In this document: positions 46,865-60,725 of the stretch, in pieces
How the letters are laid out: each line of letters begins with the position of its first letter
Numbering within the stretch: position 1 is the first letter of the stretch
DNA from: Macrostomum lignano
Taxonomy: Eukaryota
NCBI GenBank assembly: GCA_002269645.1
Contig: NIVC01001091.1
Span: 62,001 to 126,000, forward strand
Direction: 5' to 3'
DNA: 64,000 bases
Program-made: the position numbers and the translations under genes
Notes under the pieces: model-generated
What the model was told of the DNA's origin: nothing
The model's database searches: none
What the model saw: only the letters and a program-made list of their open reading frames with translations

Positions 46865-49385
46865 TCACAAATGTCGACTGTTGTAACACCGCACAGCTGC
46901 CAGGAGCCTTTCAGCGAAGAGAGGATGCATGCTCGCCACCTTGTATCTCTCCCAATGCAGGAGGAAGTCCCTGTGCATCGACTCCATGCATTGTTTGTTC
47001 CATGGCCCCAGGCCTGTTTTGTCCTTGGCGCGGCAGAAGTCACCGACGTGGTGGAAAATCGCTGCGTGGATTTTTGGACTGATGGAAATGCCAAGATCGG
47101 CATAACTGGTGCGAAATTCCTGAATCGCCTGCTTGAAATTGGGACGCAGCTCACTCCCAAAGCATGACACCACGACTGAGTTCAACGCTCAAAGGGCGGC
47201 AACAAACGGCAGCGCTGCCATCGGGCACATCGCTTCTAGCAGGTCCACATTGTGCAGCAACTTGCGGCTCGCATTGCCAGTGAAGCTGCCACTGTGATGC
47301 TTGTCACGTTGGACATTGCAAGCTGTAAGCCAAGCTTCGCTCTCGGGCCACACACCATGCAGACCCTTTTACAGCACATGGACTGCACCGGTCAGCAGGT
47401 GCAGCTCCGGGGGAGGGACAATGTGCAACACCGGGACTTCAACTCCAGCGGAAAAGATGCTGGGCTGGACGACGTTATCAAAGTGCTTAGCTAGTTGGCG
47501 TTCACCACCAGCAGCCAGGTAGGCCTGGTATTTCTCACTGAGGCTGCGAAAGGTCCTTGGCTTGCCACTGCTGTCAAGGCTCCCTTTATTGACGTTGCAT
47601 CAGGTGCAGGGATGCAAGCTACTGTGGGCCATCAAGCCGAGCAGGATGTTGGCAAGCTTCAGGTCGCATGCGATGCTGATGTTCACCGACAGAAGCTGCA
47701 GGCGGCAGCTCTCCCAGAGACATTCCAGGTTCCTGTGGTTCTCCTGCGTGTTGGGAGCAATGCCAAGATAACGGCCCGATGCACGCCAGTGTCGAGGAAT
47801 CGGCGATCAGCCCCCTTCTGTTGCTCCTCACCAGCACACACGCACAGGTCAAAAATGGATATTGAGAGCTTCAAGAACCCACCTCCACCATCAATTCCAA
47901 TTCTGACGACTGTGGAAGCAACATCCATCAACGNNNNNNNNNNNNNNNNNNNNNNNNNNNNNNNNNNNNNNNNNNNNNNNNNNNNNNNNNNNNNNNNNNN
48001 NNNNNNNNNNNNNNNNNNNNNNNNNNNNNNNNNNNNNNNNNNNNNNNNNNNNNNNNNNNNNNNNNNNNNNNNNNNNNNNNNNNNNNNNNNNNNNNNNNNN
48101 NNNNNNNNNNNNNNNNNNNNNNNNNNNNNNNNNNNNNNNNNNNNNNNNNNNNNNNNNNNNNNNNNNNNNNNNNNNNNNNNNNNNNNNNNNNNNNNNNNNN
48201 NNNNNNNNNNNNNNNNNNNNNNNNNNNNNNNNNNNNNNNNNNNNNNNNNNNNNNNNNNNNNNNNNNNNNNNNNNNNNNNNNNNNNNNNNNNNNNNNNNNN
48301 NNNNNNNNNNNNNNNNNNNNNNNNNNNNNNNNNNNNNNNNNNNNNNNNNATGGATATTGAGAGCTTCAAGAACCCACCTCCACCATCAATTCCAATTCTG
48401 ACGACTGTGGAAGCAACATCCATCAACCGGCGGTTTGCAATCATGCGGCCCAGGAGCTCGACCACGTCAGTGCAGACAATGGCCCACTGCTCAGCTGGAG
48501 TCTGCCTTCCCCTCTCTTCTCGGATAAACGCCAGCTGCTTCGCTTGGAAAAGGTCATCCAGTTCGTGATCCATCTCCTCAATGTCTGCCGGATGTTGCTC
48601 TGGACAGCTAAGGCGCCAATCAAAGACTGAAGATTTCGAAGTACAACCTCCGTTTTGCGCGAACTGAGGCCCAGCTCACCTTGCAGATGACGTATATTAT
48701 CCGCCATGAAGACCGTTGTTGGCTTCAGAGGTGGCAGATTCACAGCCAGCCTCATTGAGGGTCCAGCGTTGGATGCCAGCACGGTGATGCCCAAGGCTGT
48801 GTCTCCGGAGCCTGAAGTAATAAGTTTCTGCCGCACAATTTTTGTGGTGAGCCACTCTGGGAATTCTAGGGATGCTTCCTGCAACAAGGCATGCGCATTC
48901 TGCAGTCTTGTGGGTCTGTTGCATGTGTGCAGCTTGCCCCTGCCAATAGGACTGATGCAGAAAGAGCAGACCTTGACCATTTCGGGCTTGGGCGTTGTAG
49001 CCTCGTCCGCCGTCAAACTCGGCTGCCCAACAGACCGCTTTGGGACGTTGGCTTCTGGAGGATAGACTCTGCATCTGGTAGTGCTGCAGATCTTACAGTT
49101 GCATCCATCTTGGCCCACTGATCGGGTCACCGGCAGTAACTGCACGTCCCTGAAGTCATACATCGGTGGCACATCAGCCCGTTGGCCCTTCTCCAGCTGC
49201 TGCAGAGCGAATCTGCATGTGCCACAAATTGCCTTGGGAACGCGATTATCGTGCAAATTGTAGAGCCAGCCACTGTGCCGATTGATGATGGCCAGCATCC
49301 AGGGCGTAACGGATCACAACTCTTTTGCCTTCGAAAAGCACAAAATGCAGATCCAATTGGGGCAACCTTTGTGTGACAGTGGCAT
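46865..49385 (-). pseudogene. Disrupted Chapaev transposase
   Basis: N-terminal Cys/His region (HKGCPNWICILC...PKAICGTC...CNCKIC...CSFC...GKLHTC), VRIGIDGGGGFLK, DTGVHRAVIL, KLANILLGLMAHSSLHPC, SPKIHA, ESMHRDF, YNSRHL*. Stop at 49314-49316, frameshifts near 48580 and 47750, and an N gap. Confidence 0.85.
47934..48349. other. Assembly gap (416 N) flanked by an exact 78-bp duplication
   Basis: 47855-47932 is identical to 48350-48427. Confidence 0.97.
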
Positions 49386-50934
49386 GACAAAAACTGTGTA
49401 CACGCAAGCACAATCGTTGCAACTAAATTTTTAAATGAAACACTTTTAGACAGAGTTGAACAACAAAACCTCTTCAAAAGGGACCTCCTTATGTTTGAGG
49501 TTTGACGTTTATATTGATGAAAAACATAAATGAGCACAATGGCATTACAAGACTGAGGGTGGTTCGGCAAGTGCTTGGTGCAAAGAGCGCACACCAATGT
49601 ACAATATCATACTTTGTATGTACAGCTCAGGAAGAGAGAGAGCAAGCCACAGTGTACAAGTGCTTACCTATGTATGTAGAATGGTGGAGGGATTGGCTGA
49701 GGGTAAAGCTTTGGGTCTGGGCGGGCTGGGTGGATCTGAACTAGTGACTCATCTGAACAAAGTGAGTACGAGTATAAAGGCTCATTCACAACGCCATCAA
49801 ACAAGCAACCAACTCACATGACTTACGTACAAAAGGATAAAAAACTATGCACATGTGTGATCACTTGAAATTTGGTCTCGTTTGAAAGCGGTATGAATAG
49901 GCCTTAAGACTCTCTTGTGGTAGGCCCATCCAAGTCAAATGTGTAGCTTTTAGGCATCAACCAATCATTGATGAATATCAGTAACATGTTTTTTAATGCT
50001 TGCCTTTAATCCTGAACTCAATCGAATTGATTTCTAAACAGTACGGTGATACTTTGCTTTTTTATTAATTCGTCTATGGTAAAAACTGAAAATAGCACTT
50101 TTTGAGCTAAAACAAACAAATACAATTTTTATTTTTTCTTCTAAGGAATCCTTACTAATTCAAGTATCAATTGTGACAAATAACTTTTCCAGTGAATTTT
50201 TTTAGCAATTTTCCAACTATGGTAGCACCGTGCCGTCCATTAAAACTATAAGACTAACATTGAATGAAACTGAAACTTGTAAAATAGAACATAAAATGGG
50301 ACATTTATGGAAGTGAAAATAAAGCAAAATCTGCATGACAGTAAACGCTCTGCCAATGTTCAGCAAATAATTATGAGCTTTTAAGTACTTGTAACTAACT
50401 GTCGTCAGTTGCCAAATGTACTTAGGCAAGCCTTGTGTGCAACTCCTCGACATAAGCAAGCGCCTCTGTCAGTGTTGCCACTCTTGGCGTTTTTTAACAC
50501 TGGCGTTTTTTGGCGTTTTGTGTTTTTATTTGCTGAATTCCTTTTTCCTACATTTTTTCAATGAATAATTCTGACCGTAAAAAGAGAAGTTCAGCTAGCG
50601 ATTGAGAGGTTGCGCAAGGCGCAAGGGAAAGACCAGGACATTGCCATGCGCCTGACACAATTTGCATAGGATTGGCTGGTAATCAAACAGCATGCCATGG
50701 ACAATGTCATCCAACGCAAAGCCGAGGAAGCTGCCAGATTGAAAGGACAGGCGGAGCATGCTTCGCTTGTTCGTCTCCCGAATGTTCCGAAAAAGAAAAA
50801 AAAATTGACTACTCACTACGCTCATACTATGACTGCTACGCTATTGAACATCAAAAAGGAGTTGTCATTCCAATTGTTATTCAGTCTCTTTACTGGTTAA
50901 TTATCACTTTGGTATTTCTAGGTGAGGTTGGTCT

Positions 50935-53510
50935 TCAACTGTTATTGTTGTTGTTAATCATTGTGTTAAGCCCTGTGTTATTTTTTTCTGTCAGCGTTTT
51001 TTTCGTCACAATGCTCAGTGGCAACACTGGCCTCTGTCTCTTCAGCCAAAGAGCACGTCGCTTAGCTTCGAGCTCCTATTTGATTTGGAAAATCTCGTCA
51101 GTCGCTTTTCTATTCTGGGATACGGTGACCACTGTGCTCGATTTTTCCTCATCTCATTTTTCCTCCAAGGCATCACGGTAACGCTGCCTGGCCATTCTGA
51201 CACTAGATAGGAAATTTTTGGAGAGTAAGATGTTCTTGCAGCCAGCAGCTACTGTTATAGCATCCTGGACTTGGCGCAGGGACACCAAAGAATCCTGCAG
51301 GAGGTTAGGCACTAGCAAGTCCTTGTTCACAGAAAATCCACTTTCAATAATGGCATTGCCATGCTTATTGGCTTCCAGAGCACATCCCTGGCTGCTAGCT
51401 GCAAGCCGTGAAGCACACTTGCAGTGGCTTCTGCACCAGCAAGCAGGTTCCAGTAGAGCATGTCTACTTGCTCACTCATGGCATTAATGCGGCCATTGTT
51501 CTCTGAACAGTCCATAACAGTCCATAGGTCCATAAGTAGCATCCGAAAGCACTGTTGGCTGACTTCTGGAGAGCTGCAAATGAGTGTTGGCGAGAGAGAG
51601 CTAGCTCTGCGAACAATTGGATATCGAAGAGGCGACTTCTCTAGAAGTTTTTCAATCAATTTGCAGTAGAACTGCTTGCATTCCAAAAGGAATTTCAGTT
51701 TGTCCTGCTCTGAAATTGTCTTCTCAGCGAGAGCGACACCCAATTCTTTTCGTGCGGCGAATCCAATGTCAATTAACTTTGCTGGCAAAGCAGCCTTATC
51801 CAGTTCCAAATTCGCCAGATCCAACATGGAAGCCTTAGTGACAATCTGTTGTGTAAAATAATAAGACAATATATATACTATGGAACTACAGTTGAAGTCA
51901 GTTGGCTGCATTGAATTACCTACTTACCTCAGGCTTAAAAAAAGTGACCAACAGTAAGAACGATAACGCTCAGCTTCTCATAGAGAAAGACAAACATTGG
52001 CTTCTTTGTCTGAAATTCAAGTAAGAATGGCTCAAGAAGCAGCAAAACACTGCGGAAGAATTGGAGCTTAGTTGAAAGAAGCGGATCCTTGCACGCATCG
52101 CAAATCTCGCCCATCAGTTGACTTCCTTCACCTTTGACCTTAAATTTAAAGCGTTTTGACAGCTCCAATTCTGTTTAAACATACATATGTTTTGGCTACT
52201 GTAGATAATTAAGATATTACAATAAATGCTTTTCTCACCGTTGCTTTCCGGAGCCACATCTTAAGGTTAGGCAGAATGGCAATTGCTCGTGAAGCCACAG
52301 GAGAATTCTCTAGCCAGCAGACAAGGCAAAACTTCAGTGGAAATCGGGTGTCGTTAGCTTTCGTGAGAGAAATGTACTCAGCTCGACATGCTGGACAGTC
52401 CTTAAGAAGCGGGTATAAGCTCTGCAAAAATCTGTTGAGCTCCCATGAAGTTGAAGCATGGCCACACTGAAAAGCTCGGCTGAGGGTATGCAAGCTGCAT
52501 GTCCCAGCTTTGACAGGAACCAGGCTTTCAGGAATAGCAGAAATTTTGCCTTTCAGCAGTCGTAGAGTCTTTAAATTTACATTTGGACTGTCCATTGATA
52601 CTTGTAGTATGGATAAAAGTGGCAGGTTTTTTAAGATGGACTCAAGTGCTTCAAGCAGGTTTTCCACCTTGGTTGAGCCTAAAAAAGCAGATCCAAGATA
52701 CTGGGATTGAACCTGATGGCGTTTGTTATCCCAGAATCGAACATGAATGTCCATCTGACTCTTTTGTGTAATCTTGTTTAGAGCCTCATCATAGCAAACT
52801 ACGATGTCAGTATAGGCAGCCAGGTTCTAGCGCAGCTCTTGCTTGAAGAATGGAATGAGTCCAAATTTCAGCATGTAGCCAATCTGTTAGAATGGATGTA
52901 GAGTAGGGTTTTTAACTTTAATTTTGCATTAATTTTTAACTAGGTTAAAAATGATTACACAAAATACATAACAATTACATACCTTGTCTCGGCCCAATGA
53001 AAAGTGCTTAGCAATTTCACTATCAGGAAACATATCTTGAAATGTTTCTAGCAGCCCATTAGCCAAATGCATGCTGTAGTTTTTTTCAGCACAAAACAAT
53101 GCCCACGTGACTTCAGCCTTTAGGACAGCCTCCCTAGTGAAGTAGTTCAACTTAAGGACAGTAGATTGCTGTGGTTGCTGAAGTGCTACTAGTTGTTCTT
53201 GAACTGTAACTGTTGCTGTAGATGGCTCCACAGTGTCGCTGATACCATCCTTGGGCTTCTGTGACTGCTGCTGAGATGATGACAGCATTGTACAAACACT
53301 GTACTGGGAACTCACAGCAGTGGCATTCTTTACATGTGTTGACTGGCGCATGTGGCTATCAATTGCAGCTTTGCCCATGTTTCTCAGCTTGAATTTTTTG
53401 TTGCAGACAGCACAAAAAGCAGCAGCTGAATCCCCTGGTGCCTTCTTTAAAAAGGTTACATATTGTGGAAAACAGTTGGCATTCAGCCAAGCATCCAAGA
53501 ACCTTGACAT
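50935..53510 (-). pseudogene. Intron-containing hAT transposase with premature stops
   Basis: BED-like finger (FCAVCNKKF...HMRQSTH), FPDSEIAKHFSLGRDK|IGYML (GT-AG intron 52884-52982), catalytic YDEALN, MDSPNVN, CSLH, CWLEN and HGNAIIESGFS motifs. In-frame TAG shortly after the exon 2 start. The 3' boundary is approximate. Confidence 0.85.
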
Positions 53511-54816
53511 GATCGGGACTGTGATAGCGCAGTGCTCAGTGCTAGAAGAAAAATTCAGGAAAGCTAGTAGATCGTAGAATACCAGGTTCAAGTAAACCTC
53601 ATACAATTCTCTACACTATATAAAACAAACTGTCTTCATTACATAATATGAACTGCTTCTACTAAATTCATCTATCTGAAGAAATGTCAAGACATTACAA
53701 TTATAGGGTCTTGTAGATTGATTAAATCTAGATTATTTATTTCTTGTATTATACTAACTGAAGAACAAAATTAAAAGTATAAAATAAAAGACTTTTGCTA
53801 TAAATATACAACTTAATAAGAATATAACTATACAGGAGAGGTTGTATTTGTAACATACTATGACATGGTAGCAGCATTTTTAACACCAAAGTTTCTATTA
53901 CATCATATAGCATAATGGCATGCATTACTAAATTATAGTCTATTTCCAGTTTCACATTACACAGATCATAGGAAGAATGATAAATTCCAGGTTTCCCCTC
54001 CCACATTGGTGTATTTCCAGGTTTTTTCTTCTGTTTTGGGGCGTTTCCAGGTTTTTCCAGGTTTCTTTGCATTTCCAGGTTTTTCCAGGTTGCGGAGACC
54101 CTGTATATGTTGTTAAGTGAGGTGGGTTGTCTAGGGGACTATATTATTAAGGCTAAATGTTTTGTTATCTAATTAGTTTTATATCTATTTTTAGGTGGGC
54201 ATTTTTTTGACTTACATTGGCTGGGCCCCTTGCCAGTTATATTGTTTTGTCTTTAGTTTTATTTATTATTTCTGTGGTTGAATAGATAATTATTTCTTAT
54301 AATTAGATACCCTAATAGGTTTTTAAGTTGCTCACTTCAGATAGTTCTTTTAGTTGGTCATTTCTATATGATTAGTTGATTCCCAAATGCTACATGTATA
54401 TGTCATGCCTTAGTGCTTATCAATATTACCAGACGATCAGAACATACTATTTACCACTGATGTAAAAAGTTACATACAAGCCACATTATTTAAGCTGCAG
54501 AATCACAGTGCCTGAGTAGGATGCCAAATTGAGAGCTTGAATACTAGCTTTCATCAGTCAAAAAAATCTAAATCAAATGGAATAACAAAATCTTTGCCCT
54601 ACCTTTTATATTGCTAGGCATAGAAGTTTTGAAAACTCAAGAATTCCAATAAATCTGAAATGATTGATGCTTATTATCAAATATAAATTGCAAAAAAATA
54701 TTTATAGCTAATCCAATTAGGTTACAGTAAAATTTCACATTTTAAGCCAACTCAGGTATGCGTTTCTAACTGACTTGCATTGCTCACTCAATCCCCCACA
54801 CTCGCACGTTGTGCAG

Positions 54817-55202
54817 CTCTGGGCGCCGCCTATGGCACAGCCAAGTCTGGCACTGGCATCGCTAACATGGCGGTGCTGCGACCCGAGCTCATCATGAAGT
54901 CCGTGGTGCCAGTTGTCATGGCCGGTATCATCGCCATCTATGGCTTAGTAGTTGCTGTGCTCATCTCACAGAACATGACGCCTGATTACACCGTTGAGAA
55001 GTCGCTCCGTCACCTCGGCGCCGGCCTGGCCGTCGGCCTCAGTGGTTTGGCCTCCGGCTACGCCATCGGCATTGTTGGCGATGCCGGGGTTCGCGGCACC
55101 GCCCAGCAGCCGCGCCTGTTCGTCGGCATGATCCTCATCCTGATCTTTGCCGAGGTGCTGGGCCTGTACGGCTTCATTGTGGCTCTCATTCTGTCCGTTT
55201 AA
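54817..55202 (+). CDS. ATP6V0C: V-ATPase 16-kDa proteolipid subunit c, exon 2 (total 152 aa)
   Basis: [12 protein letters not shown]...[19 protein letters not shown]...[23 protein letters not shown] with the catalytic Glu intact; CAG acceptor at 54814-54816. Confidence 0.97.
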
Positions 55203-55460
55203 ACATTCTATCCTGAGTTTGATTGAGTAGAACGGATAAGAGAGAGTCGACGAAAGAGAGAATGAGCACATTTAAATTGGCTTTTTGAGTTTTTGTTGGT
55301 GGGCTTTTAGTTTCAGCTTGATGAAGTGTTTTAATTACTGCTCGGAAATTTTGCTTGCAATATGCACGTAGTCTACTTAGTCTATTTTTGGGTATACAAG
55401 TGCGCATGGAGTTGGAAATCAGCTAGATGTACATTGGCTAGCGCCGCTAGGAATGTACAT

Positions 55461-55712
55461 GGCTGAGGAAGGCAATAAAACGAGGTAGAGGGGCGGGTGG
55501 TGTTTAGATAGCGATCGATAAATGAGCCAATTAGAATTCTAGCCATGGGAAAGAGAAGATCCAGTATTGCACACAGCCTAAGCTTAGGGCTGAGGAAGGC
55601 AATAAAATGGGGTAGAGGGGCGGGGGTAATGTTTAGATAGCGATCGATAAATGAGCCAATTAGAATTCTAGCCATGGGAAAGAGAAGATAGCATTGCACA
55701 CAGCCTAAGCTT
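55461..55712. repeat. Tandem duplication of about 125 bp (55461-55585 and 55588-55712) downstream of ATP6V0C
   Basis: Both copies run GGCTGAGGAAGGCAATAAAA...GCACACAGCCTAAGCTT. Confidence 0.9.
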
Positions 55713-57699
55713 AAACTTATCATCATCTAGTTACTGTGCGCAAGAGGGTGAATCGGTCTCGCGTTTTGTGTCAGTTTTTGCTTTGTGTTTCGTCTCCGTA
55801 ATCGCATAATGCGCCCGCTGGCGCCCCCACAATTCATATATTTTATTATATTATTTATCATTACACTGTGTTGTCCGAGTAATATAATTTTATAATTAAA
55901 ATACCCATTACTATCCGATTCTATAATGTTATCCTGATTATTTATTTATTTCATGGCTTGATCTAATTTTTTGTTTGTAGTTCGCAGTGTCGCGCATTAT
56001 AACAAAATATAATTATCATTTATTATTGTTGTTTATTAAAACATGCAATTCTTATTCTGAGCTAATAGCGTCAATATGCCCTATTGATGTTTTATGTTAT
56101 GTTGTCATTTTTCCTGGAATCCTATTATCGAGGTGACAAAGTTTGTTCCTATTAAAATAATGCATAGCTAGTTTATCATTATCAATCAATCTACCATTCT
56201 CTATCTAAGAATTTACTGAAATTGTTTTGGATTTCTTAAAAAATGCCTATTATTGATTTTATTATTGATAAAGAAGTCCAACTAATGAACTAGAAAATAA
56301 AAGTACAGAGCATAAAGATATGATGTAGCTTCATAATTGTAATTTTACTACCTTAATCGTTGTACTGTGGCTAACAATTATATATTAGTACTGTGCATTA
56401 ATCAGTAGCCGTTTTCCTTGTGTTCAATTTAACTGGTAGCTACGCGCTGAACACACATTCTCTATCTGCTGTCCCGGGTTGCCTAGGTTAGTGCTATCTA
56501 TCTATTTAGCAGCAAGCAGTTCACTGAATTCACTGCTTCATAGTAATCAAAATTAGCGCGTTTAAACTAATTTTTGTTTATTCTAAACCCAAGACAAAAA
56601 TAAACGCGGATTCAAACTCTCATGATAACAAAATTATTAACAATTCCTTGCACAATTTCGTTCGTCCCAACCGTACATATTTAATTGTGTGTTATTTTGT
56701 TAATTTCATTTAGAAATATTCTGCACGGATGCTTTTTTTCTGGATTTTATTGGCTATCAGATCTCTATAGTGAAAATAGAGTCAGCAAGAAATGCACCGA
56801 CTTGGAGAAGTCAGTTCAGTGGACACCTGAGCAGATAAGGGAGAAGCTGAAGCAGAGCAACTGTTTTGTGGAGACGCCAAAGCCAAGGAGGCTAGAGATC
56901 GCGAGCTAGAAAAGTTGAGACAACACCAGGAGAATCTGAAGAAGACCCAGTTGGAAGCCAAGAAAGTCGCGATAACCGTGCTCTATACAGTAATCGCACG
57001 CTAGCACACTGTCGGCGCCATTGACTGCAAGCGTTTAAGACTCAAATATTGTTTAGTTTTGAGCCGGCAAAAAACTTTCCCATACAATTACTCAATTTTC
57101 AAAACCTGAAAATTAAAGAATTTGCATCGATAATTACAAGTCTTTTTTAAAATAAGTGCGGCCCGAAAAAAAACGGCTACTCCTCGCTCCCACCACTGGT
57201 CTTAATTGTCCTTTTCGGCATTAGAAATTGCACAAAATCGGTGGCGTAAGCTGCCTGTACAGTTCTTAAAGCATATACATTAGTACTGTATTGATCTCAA
57301 ATCGTCAATCAATAGTATCAGTGCGTTAATATTTCATTCCCGAAAGTGGAAGCGTCTACGAGATAAGCCTATGGGGTATTATAGGGGGCCGCGACCATCT
57401 GTTGGCTAGGGAATTAAAGTAAGTTGCTCTAACAACTGCTGCCTGAACGTAAGCTTCAACCTGAAGTCGCGATTGCTTGCCTCGGCGCACAAGATCCGGG
57501 ACAGCTGCCTACAGGCAGACTACGCTCGTTCGTTTGACACGAAATACATGTAGATAATAATATTGGCTTCAATTACACTGTAATAGGCTTACTTTGCAAA
57601 TCTCCTCTGCCATTGATTGTCTATTATCATCACTTCAAATTGAAACACTTGAATTGCCAAGCTGGATTGGAACACTAGAGCTTTCAGTTTAGCGAAGTT

Positions 57700-58585
57700 G
57701 TCATTGTGTAACACCGGTTCATTACTAAGCTGTCATTGTGTAACACCGGTTCATTACTGAGCTGTCATTGTGTAACACGTCATTACTGAGCTGTCATTGT
57801 GTAACACCGGTTCATTACTGAGCTGTCATTGTGTAACACCGGTTCATTACTGAGCTGTCATTGTGTAACACGTCATTACTGAGCTGTCATTGTGTAACAC
57901 CGGTTCATTACTGAGCTGTCATTGTGTAACACGTCATTACTGAGCTTCATTGTGTAACACCGGTTCATTACTGAGCTGTCATTGTGTAACACGTCATTAC
58001 TGAGCTTCATTGTGTAACACCGGTTCATTACTGAGCTGTCATTGTGTAACACCGGTTCATTACTGAGCTGTCAGTGTGTAACACCGGTTCATTACTGAGC
58101 TGTCAGTGTGTAACACCGGTTCATTACTGAGCTGTCAGTGTGTAACACCGGTTCATTACTGAGCTGTCAGTGTGTAACACCGGTTCATTACTAAGCTGTC
58201 AGTGTGTAACACCGGTTTATTACTGAGCTGTCAGTGTGTAACACCGGTTCATTACTGAGCTGTCATTGTGTAACACTGTGTACACTGAGCTGTCATTGTG
58301 TAACACCGGTTCATTAGTAATCATTACTGAGCTGTCAGTGTGTAACACCGGTTCATTACTGAGCTGTCAGTGTGTAACACCGGTTCATTACTGAGCTGTC
58401 ATTGTGTAACACCGGTTCATTACTGAGCTGTCATTGTGTAACACCGGTTCATTACTGAGCTGTCAGTGTGTAACACCGGTTCATTACTGAGCTGTCATTG
58501 TGTAACACCGGTTCACTACTGATACTGAGCTGTCAGTGTATAACACCGGTTCATGAATGAGCTGTCAGTGTGTAACACCGGTTCA
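57700..58585. repeat. 32-bp minisatellite GTCATTGTGTAACACCGGTTCATTACTGAGCT
   Basis: Seen directly, with 28-bp deletion variants. Confidence 0.95.
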
Positions 58586-59207
58586 ATAATTTATCACTGG
58601 GCGGGCGATCATTTTGTCTCAATCTCATCCTTCTCCTTATAGTGAAAAATCACGAGTAAAAGAAACTGTCTGAGAGAGACGAACATTTGACACTCTTCCC
58701 GAAAACTGTGAACCAGAAGTAACAGCTATTGTTTGCTATCCAGAAGTCCTAAAAACGGTCATATAAGATTTTATAATGTAATATAGACTCTAATGACAAA
58801 GCAAACAAGATATACATAGCTATCTACAGCAATTGTCTGATGGATAAACCAAAGGCCGTTCGTATAGAGTAGGCAATACATAACAGGCAGACAACCTACT
58901 CTAGTTTCTTGATGCACCGCACAACTAATTAACTACACTGCACAGTTCACATATCCAAATTTCCGATAGCTCATATACGCTACTGACAGTAGAGCAGTTT
59001 GCATGTGGCGATGCAGAGAGAAAAATTGTGGAACATGAAAACTGAGAGAATCGGTGCAAACGATAAATGAAACTTATTGGATATTAAAAGACACAGACGG
59101 AGATACAATGCAATTTCAATCCCAAGCTTAAAAACCAACTATTATCCGTAAAAATAAGAGAAAAATAACACAATCACAAGATCAGGCGACACGTGTTAAA
59201 CCAGCAG

Positions 59208-60725
<1,518 letters not shown>

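Larger units (their letters stand above)
46140..50232 (-). mobile_element. Chapaev-like (CMC group) DNA transposon nested in the hAT element
   Basis: About 158-bp imperfect TIRs starting CACGGTGCTACCATAG (46140-46297 and 50074-50232); flanks CCAT / CCGT (4-bp TSD with one mismatch). Confidence 0.85.
45966..54103 (-). mobile_element. hAT-superfamily DNA transposon, antisense in the ATP6V0C intron, interrupted by a Chapaev element
   Basis: Ends CAGGGTGTCCAC / (rc) CAGGGTCTCCGC; exact flanking TATATG at 45960-45965 and 54104-54109; TTCCAGGTTTT subterminal repeats; encodes a hAT transposase. Confidence 0.85.

Noticed and set aside
56760-57010. Charged helical reading (AKAKEARDRELEKLRQHQENLKK)
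   Set aside because: It is short, bounded by stops and has no recognisable homology or exon chain.
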